Of a DNA stretch of 49,014 bases, positions 13,346 to 25,722 are shown in pieces. The stretch covers positions 1 to 49,014 of the forward strand of contig NW_021834389.1 of the NCBI RefSeq assembly GCF_006345805.1. The letters run 5' to 3'. Both the position numbers and the translations under genes were made by a program. The notes beneath the pieces are model-generated. The model saw nothing but the letters and a program-made list of their open reading frames with translations, was not told the origin of the DNA and made no database searches. The first letter of the stretch is position 1, and every line of letters begins with the position of its first letter. This DNA is from Octopus sinensis. Its lineage: Eukaryota.

Positions 13346-13764
13346 CTACTAGTCTTAGACTAATATGATTTCATTATTCAATATGCTCTTCATTATAATT
13401 TTTAAAAACCACGGAATGATTTCACTTAAGAGAGATTTAGCTGCTGTATCTAGCAGGTCGAATGAAAATGATAGAATTCCTTGTAGCAGTTGTTCCGTTT
13501 CTCGCTGCTGCGTGTTGAAATCCTGCTGTGGTAGACTCCACATTTCATCCTCCCAGGGTCGTGATGCCTTGTGGTATTTGCTCCCAAATGTTGCATTCCG
13601 GCAGTAACACATACGATAACGTTGACAGCAAGATGGATCGAAAGCAACGGCCCTCCCTGTAGAATACAACGGTGACGTAGGTGCGGCAGACTTGCACGCA
13701 TGAGCGACAACCATTCTTCTGCTTAAAATCCTTTGAATGGCGAAGAATTGGTATTACATATGTA

Positions 13765-13990
13765 TTCTTTTACTCTTTTACTCTCTTTACTTGTTTCAGT
13801 CATTTGACTGTGGCCATGCTGGAGCACCGCCATATAGTCGAGCAAATCGACCCCAGGACTTATTCTTTGTAAGCCTAGTACTTATTCTATCGGTCTCTTT
13901 TGCCGAGCCGCTATGTTACGGTAACGTAAACACACCAGCATCGGTTGTCAAGCGATGTTGGGGGGACAAACACAAATATATAAATACATA

Positions 13991-14036
<46 letters not shown>

Positions 14037-14217
14037 TAGATAGATAGATATATACGACGTGCTTCTTTCAGTTTCCGTCTACCAAATCCACTCACAAGGT
14101 TTTGGTCGGCCCGAGGCTATACTAGAAGATATTTGCCCAAGATGTCACGCAGTGAGACTGAACCCGGAACCATGTGGTTGGTAAACAAGCTACTTACCAC
14201 ACAGTCACTCCTACGCC
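13765..14217 (-). mobile_element. SINE family D, full length
   Basis: Reverse complement of the family D head, core and tail, with an expanded internal (TA)n/(TAGA)n. Confidence 0.92.
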
Positions 14218-14716
14218 AATTGAGAAATATATATGCATATGAGCAAATTGGTTTAATAACCATAACTTTTCTAGTTATGAATATTTGTTTTAAAGCAGTA
14301 TTGGTATTACAAATGTATTGAGAACTATATATGTATATGTGCAAATTGGTTTAATAACCATAACTTTTCAAGTTATGCATAGAACTGCTCTGAGCGATTT
14401 CCTCTTCGTGTGATGGATGTCACCATGACCGTCATATGCAAGTAAATATGGCTTTGCAGTATGCATATTGCTTTCGCAAAGGGTTTTAGGGGTTTATTTA
14501 TAGTCTCGTGTAGCCATAGAGACACTATTGGTTCTTCCGTTCTTCATCCAGCAGAATATCTCGGATGTGACAACTGGGGAGAGAGAAAGAGAGAAAGAGC
14601 GTGTGTGTGAGAGAGGGAGACAGATAGAGAAAGAGAGAGAAAGGGAGAGACTGAAAGAATGAGAAAGGAGGGAGATTTAGCTGCTGTATTTAGCAATTTC
14701 GGACGACTGCTTAGAA

Positions 14717-14911
14717 CAGTGGTTCTCAAACATTTTGATACTGAGGCCAGATCCAAAACTTGAACATTTTTAGGGGGCGGCACCCAAAAGAATGAAACGA
14801 GTCAATTAAAGAAAAAAATATTATATTTATAGAAAGAAAACCGCCGGGGGGCCGCCAGAAGGATGCTTGAAGGCCACATGCGGCAATGGGGGCCGTAGAT
14901 GAGAAACACTG
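14717..14911. mobile_element. hAT (Charlie-like) MITE
   Basis: TIRs CAGTGGTTCTCA and TGAGAAACACTG match at 11 of 12 positions. The left flank GCTTAGAA resembles the Charlie target preference, but no clean 8-bp TSD remains. Confidence 0.68.
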
Positions 14912-15081
14912 ACTTCCTCGTCGTGTCGATGAGTTGTTTGTGTTAGTATTTATGTCTGATGAAAATATCAGACAGTAATCAACTACAAAAAGATTTTTTG
15001 TTGATTTTAAAAACATCGTTATATTTAGATAATCGTTATTTTAGATAAATAATAATTTTATTTGTCTTAGTTTCAGATTAT

Positions 15082-15118
15082 GCACACGCACACACACACA
15101 CACACCACACACACACAC

Positions 15119-15157
<39 letters not shown>

Positions 15158-15373
15158 ACAGACAAATATATATATATATGTATATATGTATATATGTATA
15201 TGTGTATATATGTATATGTGTACATATGTATATATATGTATATGTATATGTGTATATATGTATATATATGCATTATATATATATATATATATATAATATA
15301 TATATATATATGTATATGTATATGTATATGTATATTGTGTATATGTATATGTATATATATCTCTATATATGTA

Positions 15374-15431
<58 letters not shown>

Positions 15432-15463
15432 TGATGTATGTATGTATGTATGTATGTATGTAT
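15082..15463. repeat. Compound microsatellite (CA)n/(TA)n/(TATG)n
   Basis: Seen directly. Confidence 0.95.
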
Positions 15464-16521
15464 GGCTGCGTATCCGCTTTTAATATTGCATTCGACTATA
15501 GAAACTAAAAGAATTTGTCTCTGATAAGTCGCTAAATAAAAGTTAGCTAAAATACACTCATAAATGGAACGAAAATATTAAAAACACTAACGCCACTTGG
15601 CAGTATTATGGAAAGTATTTTCTGCCAAAGTGTATCTATATTCAAACAATGAAATGGATTTCGCAACTTTTATGATAAAACGATCAGCTATTCTTGGTTC
15701 AGAAACTTATATTTCAAACCCATCTTGATTTACATATCGACATAAAAATTACTGGCGTATATTCAACCGTTCGGCATTGCATTATAAAGAAACGAATATT
15801 TTACTTACTGACACATTAAAACCTTTTGTGTTCAGTGAAGAAGTTATATAAAATGAAAGACTATCCAGTTTTCTATTAAATTTCATCGTTTGTGTTTAAT
15901 TCTTCCTTCATTTACAATTTCGAATGACGTCATTTAATAGCTTCGAACTAATGGCGGTCTTAAAAGCCCTGGCATCGTTAGTACAATAAAATTAATAAAA
16001 TACAATAAAATAAGATAGAATTGGCTGTAGATACAATCCGATTAAACACAATGACACAAACAAAACTCTGAAAACAGTGATCAGTTGGTGTATTCAGATT
16101 TGAAAGCTCGATAGAACCTGATAGCTGTTAAGAAAAAGACAGATGTGTTTGCGGAGCCCAGGTCTGCGCAGTGACTGCCGGTTGATGTATAGTGACTGGT
16201 TCATCATTAACTGCTCAAATTTCCAATTAATTCTCTCGGATTTGCAGCCGTGTTTTATTGGATGGAGTAAACAAATTGAAAATATGACACTATTTGAGAA
16301 TGTCTTTTTTTGTGGAGAGCGCGTGCGCGTGTGTATATGTGGGGGTCGTGGTGGCGGTGTGTACGGATTAACATCGACTCGTTTGTGTGTTCGAAACGCT
16401 GAAACAATCACAACGTAAGATATTATATGTTATATACACACACTTGCGCATAAGAAAACCGCATACACATACACATGTAAATACATGCATACATACATTA
16501 ACGCGCGCACACACACACACA

Positions 16522-16573
<52 letters not shown>

Positions 16574-16583
16574 TATATATATT

Positions 16584-16808
16584 GAAGGCTGCGAGCTGGC
16601 AGAAACGTAAGCACGCTGGGCGAAATGCTTAGCGGTATTTCGTCCGTCATTACGTTCTGAGTTCAAATTCCGCCGAGGTCGACTTTGTCTTTCATCCTTT
16701 CGGGGTCGATAAATAAAGTACCAGTTTCGCACTGGGGTCGATGTAATCCGTTTGTCTGTCCTTGTTTGTCCCCTCTATGTTTAGCCCCTTGTGGGCAGTA
16801 AAGGAAAA
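16584..16808 (+). mobile_element. SINE family B monomer
   Basis: Family B head, core and tail. Confidence 0.9.
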
Positions 16809-16830
16809 ATATATATAAATATATATATAT

Positions 16831-16915
16831 ATATTATATTAAATTAGAGACAAAACCACTATTAGGCAAATTTGATTTGCCTAATAGTGGTTTTGTCTCT
16901 AATTTAATATAATAT
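16831..16915. repeat. Perfect 41-bp inverted repeat with a 3-nt loop
   Basis: 16831-16871 ATATTATATTAAATTAGAGACAAAACCACTATTAGGCAAAT is the exact reverse complement of 16875-16915. Confidence 0.95.
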
Positions 16916-17007
16916 AATATTTTACTATAAAATTGGATTCAATCCTAAATCTGATTTTTCCCTGTAAGTTTGGATTTATTCCCTAATATTTATTATATAT
17001 ATATATA

Positions 17008-17073
<66 letters not shown>

Positions 17074-17084
17074 CTTTTTACTTA

Positions 17085-17515
17085 TTTCAGTCAGTAAATT
17101 GTGACCATGCTGGGGCATCGCTTTGAATAATTTTTAGTCCAATGAATCGACCTCACCATTAATTGTTTTAAAGCCTGAGACTTATTCCGCCGGTATCTTT
17201 TGTGATCAAATGATCAGCTATTCTTGGCTGAGGAACTTCTAAGTTGCGGCGACATAAACACACCAACATCGGTTGTCAAGCGATAGAGGGGGGGGACAAA
17301 TACAAGCATAATCACACAGACACAGACACACCCACGGACACACACACAAATATATAAAAAAATATATATATACATACACATACATACATACACACACACA
17401 TATATATATATATACCCCCCCACACACACATACACACATTATAGTAAGACAGTTGCTCAAGGTCCCATGCAGTGGGACTGAACCTAGAACCATGTGGATA
17501 GGAAGCAAACTTCTA
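17085..17515 (-). mobile_element. Degraded SINE family D
   Basis: Tail CCATGCTGGGGCATCGC, mid-body AAACACACCAACATCGGTTGTCAAGCGAT, and head CCATGCAGTGGGACTGAACC. Confidence 0.8.
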
Positions 17516-17593
17516 TGTGTGTGTGTATGTGTGTTGTGTGTGTGTGTGTGTGTGTGTATCATTGTTCAGCTTTATTTCAATATTTATTGCTAA

Positions 17594-17812
17594 AAGGCGG
17601 CGAGTTAGCAGAAACGTTAGCACGCCGGGAGAAATGGTAAGCAGTATTTTATCTATCTGTATGTTCTGAGTTCAAATTCCGCCGAGCTCAACTTTACCTT
17701 TCATCCTTTCGGGGTCGATAAATTAAGTACCAGTTATGCACTGGGGTCGATATAATCGACTGGCCCCCTCCCCCAAAATTTCGGGCCTTGTGCTTGGTGT
17801 AGAAAAGAATAT
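17594..17812 (+). mobile_element. SINE family B with alternative tail (B2)
   Basis: B head and core followed by CCCCAAAATTTCGGGCCTTGTGC..AGAAAAGAATA. The same tail occurs at ~28460, ~31490 and ~48250 on the minus strand. Confidence 0.85.
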
Positions 17813-18675
17813 TTCTTGCCAATAGAGAAAGAGTCAGTTTCTAACCGAGATCATTGGAATTTCAACATCAACAACAGGGTATGTATGTATGTATGTATTA
17901 ATGTATGCATACATGTATGTGTGTATGTGTGTGTGTGTATATATATGTATGTATGTAGGTATGTGCAGATTTGTATGTTTTATCTATGTATGTATTCTCA
18001 TGCGTACAGTTGCATATGTAGACATGCTCATATATATTTAAATGATAAACTTCTGGAATGTTTTACGTCCAGTGATAGATTGGATCTGTAGTCATAGTAT
18101 TCGCTTTCTCCTCTCTGGTATTGAGGAGGCTAATTTCTCAAGATTGGTAGTTAGACTGGTAGTTGGTAGTGGGTGTATTACATATTTCGGGGCCCCAATA
18201 TTTACAGGTAGAAACCTGAACTTGTAATCTGGATAGAGTAACTGAATATTTCTCAATAGTTCAGCCTAGGTATTCTTTTTTTTTATGCTAACATCCGCTG
18301 CGCAGCTAATTTCCACAATTGTACGCAGTTTCTCTTCTCTATCTGAAATCATTATATCAAGTCTGTTGTGCTTACATTTTATTGAGGTCTTCACTGGTAC
18401 ATTCCACCAGTATTTCTTTTTATTATAAGTGGCTATGGCTTCTATCATACTGTGGGTTCTTATTTCTTTGTCCTCGGGGTTTTCCTTCCGACTGATTTCA
18501 TTATAGAGTATCATAGCTACAACATCACGTCTCGTCGGTAAATAATACCGTGATCAGATTTTCGCAGAACTGCTTATGATATAGGTGATATCTTCGGTGC
18601 TAACTCCAAAATTTGCATCGCTTCTTACATTTTACTGCTTTTCCCTTCAAAGTGGGAGGTAGTAATCCGGTTATT
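17810..18675 (-). mobile_element. R4/Dong-type LINE 3' fragment
   Basis: ORF 18266..18514 reads LYNEISRKENPEDKEIRTHSMIEAI..KCKHNRLDIMISDREEKLRTIVEISCAAD. It is homologous to 2855-3668 and shares the (CATA)n and terminal segment. Confidence 0.85.
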
Positions 18676-19136
18676 GGACATGTATGTACGTACGCACGTA
18701 CGTATGTACGTATGTCTGTATGTTTGAATGGATGGATGTATATATATTTAATTATTCATTTATATATGTATGTGTGTGTATGTGTACAGCATACATACAC
18801 CTATATATAATATGAAGTACACATTCAGAGACAAGAAAGTGCGATTCTGAATTCAAATTTAAATGACCAATATAGTATAGCGATCTAACCTGTTGCTTTG
18901 AATGACAACTGATACTGGTAGAGTTTTATGGTAATAAATTATATTATAGGATGCTAGAATGACTGTAGAACACGTTAAGCTGAGAGTTCTAACTAGAAAA
19001 TGTAATTATCGAATGAAAAAGAAAACTAGAAATATGCACTTCCGATCTGTATATATATTGCTACCGACAATGTGGAAACATTAGCAAATCAATATTCATT
19101 ACTGAATCACTAACCATAGATTTACAGGCGTACGCT

Positions 19137-19246
<110 letters not shown>

Positions 19247-19427
19247 TGAGATAGCTGTCTCTCGCAATCTGGTAAGATTTGGTATCAGCATTTACTAGGC
19301 TTTCGTTAATGGTTTTAGTAGTCAGTTCAGTTTGTCGCAAAGAGATACGGGCTCTCCCCTGAACCCGCTTTCCAGATAACATCTTGCCCTCTTGACATAG
19401 TGAGACATTGAGGATGCGACAGTTTGT

Positions 19428-19466
<39 letters not shown>

Positions 19467-19706
19467 GAGAGAGAGAGAGAGAGAGAGGTGGGGGGGTTGC
19501 ATCCAAACTTGCCTGGCATTGAAATGTATCGACGTCGAAATGAAGACTGGCAAAGTTGATCTCCCTGAGATATTAACTCGGAGCTCGGAGAGTACAGGAC
19601 CGCAACTAATATTGCAACATATACACACGCGCGCGCGCATGTATATATATGCTTGCATGCATATATGTATGTATATATGTATGTATATATATATTATATA
19701 TATATA

Positions 19707-19758
<52 letters not shown>

Positions 19759-19998
19759 TATATAATATATATATATATATATAATTAAAATCATTACTGG
19801 ATATTTTGCTAGTTCATCTGGTCCTTTTGTCTTCTCTCCTGGTGCTGTATGAACATTTAATGTGATTTTAGAGTCAAGTTTTTGCTGCTATTTCCAGCGT
19901 GGAGCTATCTCTTAGATACCCTAATTTATAATTTTAATAATAATTATTACCTTTGAAGGTTTTTATTCACATGCTGGCCATTTGATATAAATATAGAA

Positions 19999-20034
<36 letters not shown>

Positions 20035-20038
<4 letters not shown>

Positions 20039-21900
20039 ATTGATTGATTCTAGTTTCAGCTCACGAGCTGCGGCTATGCTGGGGCACCGCCATTTGGTGT
20101 TGCTACATGGTTTTACTTCACGAATGCTTTTTAGCAACTGCCATTTGGTGCATGAGAGAGTTCGATGCAGCTGCCCTCATCTGCACCTCCTGCCGTGAAG
20201 TTGGTTCATCTGGGATACCTGACAAGAAGAGATCCAGTTTCATTGGCTACTACCACCTGACTTCTATCTTTCAGAAAGTCATGAAGTCATTCTCCCAGTT
20301 TTCCAACTATGCTAAGATCACGCAGTTTGTGACATATATCAAAGGCCTTTGCAAAGTCGAGATATATCACTTCCACATTTGAGTGGTTGAGCAGTCGTTT
20401 CAGCACCCAGTCATAGTGTTGTAGGAGCTGAGTTAAGCAGCTTCTTCCTGGTCGGAAACCATGTTGGGTGTCAGGTAGCAAGTCATTTTCTTCAAGGAAG
20501 GTGATCAGTTTCCTTCTGACTATTCGTTCCATGAACTTGCTGATGTGTGAGGTCAGAGAGGTAGGTCTGTAGTTCTTGGCCTCCGCTCTGCTACCTCCTT
20601 TATGAATAGGGCATATTTTACCTTCCTTCAGTTTTCTTGGAAGTTTGCCAGCTGCAAGGAAGCTCTGAAAGAGGAACTGCAGTGGTCTTGCTAGGACTCT
20701 CTTACATACTTTTAGGAGGATTGCCGGGAATCCATCGGGGCCAGTAGCTGAGTCTGTTTTCATTTCATCTATAGCCTTTATTACATCGTCTTCCTTTATA
20801 TCGATGTAATCTATCGTCGCCGCCTCTGATTTTATATCTGCAGTGGTAAAGAAGTCAGTTGGATTGGTGATTTGGAAATGCCCAAGGGGTGGAGTGAAAA
20901 CACTCTTGAATTGCTCATTCAGTATTTCACTTACCCTCATTGGTTTTCCTGTGAGTGTGCCATCCTTTTCAAGGAGTGGCCCTATCCTACAGTGCACCGT
21001 AGCTGTTTCTTTGGCATACCTGTAGAAAGCTCTGGGTTAGATTTTATGTTGTCTATAGCCCAGGCTTCTTTGTCTGCTCTTTCCTTTTCATGGGAGAGTT
21101 GCAGACATTTTTCAATTTCCACCGTTTCATTTTCAGGCGGGACTTTTCACTGCTTTCAATTTGTTTGTTTAGGCGATTTGAAATTCTTGTACGCCGTCTC
21201 ATTAAAATTTTCCTCTCTCTGGGGATTTTGTTCTTGTGTACAGTGGCCTTTCTCTCTGGGACACATTTGTAGCATATGGCTTGCATTACAGACATGAATT
21301 GTTGAAGTTTCACGTCGATGTCTGGCGAGGAGAGACATTCAGGCCAGTTTTGTTTGAGGATCTCTTTCTCAATTTGTTTCCAGTTTGCCTTATGGAAGTT
21401 CAAGCTGGAAAGATTCTGAGGGTTTCTTGTAGGCTGCATGTCCATGTTTTCCTTTGGCCCGTACATAGTCAGCTCTACCATGTTGTGATCCGAGAGTAGT
21501 GTCGGTGTCACTTTCACATTATGGATGAGATCCATATTATTTGTGAAGCAGAGATCCAGTGTGTTACCTGCCCTGGTTGGAGTATTACTTGCTCCATGTA
21601 CAGGATGTTGATGAGGTTCAGGAGGGACCTCGCCTGACCTCGTTCACATCTTTTCATTCCTGGGAGAGAAAGGCCCTCGGGCCATCTGGCATTGGGTAGA
21701 TTGAAGTCTCCCATAAGAAGTACACTTATGTGTTGTTCTAATGTGATTAGAACTTCTATTTTTATAAGGCAGTCTTCAAACTTGCCTACATGGCTTGGGG
21801 CATCTGGAGGGCGATATGTAGCACACACAACTACATCAAGTTGCCTTATATGTACAATTAGTGTGTCACACACCGAGTTTGAGTATGATAGAGCGGAAGA
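20035..21900 (-). mobile_element. CR1-group LINE ORF2 (AP endonuclease C-terminal half plus RT with a large internal deletion) and natural 3' end
   Basis: APE motifs YRPPD, LLMGDFNLP and SDHNMV; RT motifs ATGPDGF, NYRPTSLTSHISKFMERIV, QHGFRPGRSCLTQLL and IYLDFAKAFD. The C-terminus KLDLFLSGIPDEPT..RAAASNSLMHQ stops at 20118-20120, followed by a short 3' UTR and an (AATC)n tail. No YADD region is present. Confidence 0.93.
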
Positions 21901-22525
21901 AGCAGGAGTTTATACGCTCCTATGCACTTATAAGATCTCACATTGGCACGCTTGATGCCATCTTTGAGAACGAACAAAGTAAAGATGGCAAGGATGGAGA
22001 CACGGGTGCTGATGAAAGAAGTCACCCCCACCTAGTAGACACCCGGGAAGAGGTTTCAAGTGAGAAACCTGCCCGGGAAGTAAACCCAAGTGCAAGTGCT
22101 CCTACCAGCACCAAAAGCCATGGAGATGAAGAACCCAAAGAAGAAATAAAAGGAGGAAAAACTAAAAGAAAAACTCAAACAAAACCAAAATATGAAACAG
22201 CTAAGAATAGAAGTAAAACTGACTATCCATATACCAAAAAGGATGGAAACAAACAGCGCACACGGGTGTGTAGGTTCTACCTGAGAGGTACCTGCTGGCA
22301 TGGAGAGGAAGGTGAAGGCTGCCGTTTTGCACATCGGGGACCCTGCCGCAGAGACACGAAACAGATCAGAAACAAACTAACAAAAGGAAAAGGGATGGAA
22401 CACGCACCACCTGCCCCAAAACGGAGGTACGCAGATGTGGTGCGTGCCACAGATGCGGAATTACACATACCACAGTATGTTGTACTACGGACCGACAGAA
22501 AAGAAAGGAGTCATGGAGGAGTTTC

Positions 22526-22532
<7 letters not shown>
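21900..22532 (+). mobile_element. Inverted 5' part of the same LINE: ORF1 fragment with a CCCH-type zinc finger and the AP endonuclease N-terminal piece
   Basis: ORF 21861..22655 contains CRFYLRGTCWHGEEGEGCRFAH (22268-22334) and ends DAELHIPQYVVLRTDRKERSHGGVSMYI, the APE motif that normally lies just upstream of SNSVCDTL..YRPP found on the opposite strand. Confidence 0.85.
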
Positions 22533-22573
<41 letters not shown>

Positions 22574-22894
22574 TATATATATATATATATATATATCAAA
22601 ACATAGGTTTCAAAGAGAAAATGAACTGCAGGTGGTAGATATATGGGGAAAGTAAGACGAGAAAAGCGAAAATGCACATTGGATATAAAAAATAAAGGCA
22701 TTTTTATGAAGAGTAACGACAAATATATACAATTAGATGAATTGAGGTAGAATTAGGAGGAATAAAAGTCATTATTTTGAATTGTTAAAGGGATTCAAAG
22801 TCATACCGGTATCGTCAATTGATCTTCACTGGCTTTGAATGCGCACCGATTAAAGATAAAATATTAACCAACGCAAGGCTATATCCCTTAACAA

Positions 22895-23124
22895 TGGACC
22901 TGGGCAGTGCTTTCTGTTCTTGAGCAAAGCACTTCATTTCTCATTGCTCTATTCCACTTGGCTTTAATTGGGTATACCCGGTGGCGGGGTAGACTGCCAA
23001 TCGAGGGCAATATCGGCCTGCTTCCCCAGCCATTAGGGTGGCATCCCTCGCCAGTTAAAATGATTCAAAGTGCATTGTGACAAGCGGTGTATGTCGACAT
23101 CCGATAGTCTGGTCGATACCGTGA

Positions 23125-23126
<2 letters not shown>
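22895..23126 (+). mobile_element. SINE with family C core and tail X
   Basis: TGTTCTTGAGCAAAGCACTTCATTTC (C core) followed by ATTGTGACAAGCG..TAGTCTGGTCG..CGTGA, the tail of the 9289 element. Confidence 0.72.
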
Positions 23127-23160
<34 letters not shown>

Positions 23161-23999
23161 TTTAATTAGAAGTTAAATTAGCTTCATTAATGGATAGTAA
23201 TATCCAGGGAATTACTGGTTCTTACCTATTATTTGTTGTGAATGATAAAGTTGTTAAGATAATAGGTCTAAATATAAATCATAGTTTATAATCATTCGAA
23301 AGAAAATTAGAAAATGAAGAATTAGCATTTCATAAAAATTTATTATCTGCGAAGATCCAACACATTTTCTAACAGCTGTTTCAATTAAGTCTAAAGATTA
23401 AAATAACAATTATTAAATCATTATATTTAGCAAAATATCTTCAAATGTGTTGCAAAGCTATAACGTTATTTTATTAGGTGTTGTGTTTTCGAATCATCTC
23501 GGAAGACTGAATATTATTTTATGGCTAATATCGGTATAAACCTGGACCAGGGGGTCATAGGTTGTTCTGCTCGGCGTGCTAACCATCCTGCTATCTCATC
23601 ACCTTACAACTGATTAAATTCTGTGAAATATTTCATTTTATGTTTGTCTCTGACCCGTTATTTGTTAGTTCTTTATTGTTTCATGGAAAAAGCGAATTAA
23701 AAAATAAGAAACTAAATCTCAGGCTTGAAATAGTCTCCTACAATCCTAAATCATATGATCTGTCATATAATCATGAATTAAGACTCACCAGCAATATCAT
23801 TTGTTCTTATATTCATTAGACTTACTTCACACAATCGAGAGAAACTTAAATCTGAAATCAAATTAATCAAGATTCATCTAATATTTGTACTTAAGTATAG
23901 AATACTTTTGTTTGTCTTTTCAAACTTCCAATATTTAAACTACACCGTCTTAAAACAATATTTACCGCTGTTGTAATGTGTGTATTATACTACGTGCCC

Positions 24000-24031
<32 letters not shown>

Positions 24032-24361
24032 TGCATTGCCGATTGAAACTGCGCTTGCGCGCTGAATTTTGAAAAGTTATAACATATAATGATGGGACAC
24101 GTGTTATTTGTCTCTGAATTATAAGTTAGTTATTGAGGCCAGTTATTGATGACAATTCGCCTAGCAGACAATCTTATTTGCTAAAGAAATTTTGAAACCT
24201 AGGTATAACCGCAATAAAATAACAAGGTAAACGTTTTTATTTTTCATTTCTTTCGAAAATTGCTATTAAATTGTGGTTTTGGTCGTTTTGGCTGCTTCTT
24301 CTAGCATGTAAAAATTACCTATTAAAGGGTAGTTTTCGCTTGTGTTTAAATGTACACTATT

Positions 24362-24372
24362 TTAATATATAC

Positions 24373-24415
<43 letters not shown>

Positions 24416-24419
24416 ATAC

Positions 24420-24459
<40 letters not shown>

Positions 24460-24506
24460 TTATATATATATATATATAATATATATAATATATATATATA
24501 TAGATA

Positions 24507-24538
<32 letters not shown>

Positions 24539-24617
24539 GATATATATATATATACATATATAGATATATATATATACATATATAATATATATATATATTA
24601 TAATATATATATATATA

Positions 24618-24656
<39 letters not shown>

Positions 24657-24662
24657 GTATAT
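24362..24662. repeat. Long (TA)n microsatellite
   Basis: Seen directly. Confidence 0.97.
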
Positions 24663-25679
24663 AAGATTCAGTTGAATTAATTACTTAAGTGAGGGACCTT
24701 GTTAGGTAGAAGTACATGTATATAAGTAGTAAAATTATTCCAGAGAATAATTTCTTGAAAATCGTGTTCGTTATATGTAATCAAATTGCCAGGCCGATCC
24801 TAAGAGCTGAGCTCTTGAAGTCATAGTATTTGTCGCACCTTGGGGAGTTCTGAATTAACAGATTTATAATGAAAGATGAAAGTTGTATTTAGGGTCATAT
24901 TATATGATAGTTTTTTTCCTTATTAAAGACAGTATAGTATGTTTTGATAGAGACTTGGGGAATATTTTTTAGCTGGTTGAATAATAAAGAAGAAATACCA
25001 TGTTGATTCATTACTGTTCTCTATGGTGGGTGTGGCATTTAGTTGAGATTGTTAGTTGTCCATCCAGTGGTGATGGACAATGGTGGTTTGCCATTGTATT
25101 GTAAGTTTAGCGTAACCAGAAGACCGCAATGAGCAGTGCGTTCAAACAGGTCCCTCGACGAATGGAGAACTCTGGTCTGATACTGAATAGTGGAGTGGCG
25201 TGTCTGTATAAACAGGTAGAAATATACAAACAAACAAATTTTTGGACAGTTTTACAGAGTTGTGAGTCAAATCAACAAGAAGGATTCTGCATAATTGCCC
25301 AATTTGTAAGAGATAACAGCAAAATAGCCCTCAAAATACATGCAACCGTCTTTCAGAATTAACAGGACACGTTTGATCATGTAATCTTCGTTACAGTTTA
25401 TCATAATAATAAGAGAAAAAAAAAGAGAAAAGAGGAAACGCGCAAGAGAGAAAAAGATGAAATGCTCCCATCTGAAATGCTTTGATCATATCTTTTTCGA
25501 TCAGGGATAGTTTCGGACAAAACAACAATGGCAATGACGAAGAAAAGACCAACAACAATAACAACAGTAGCAGCAGTAGCAGCAGCAGGAGCAACCACAG
25601 TGCTGCAACTATTTTCAGAAGTGTTTTTATCCAGACAAAATACAAATTGTCTCTCCCCCGCCATCACTTCCTTCCCTTA

Positions 25680-25722
<43 letters not shown>

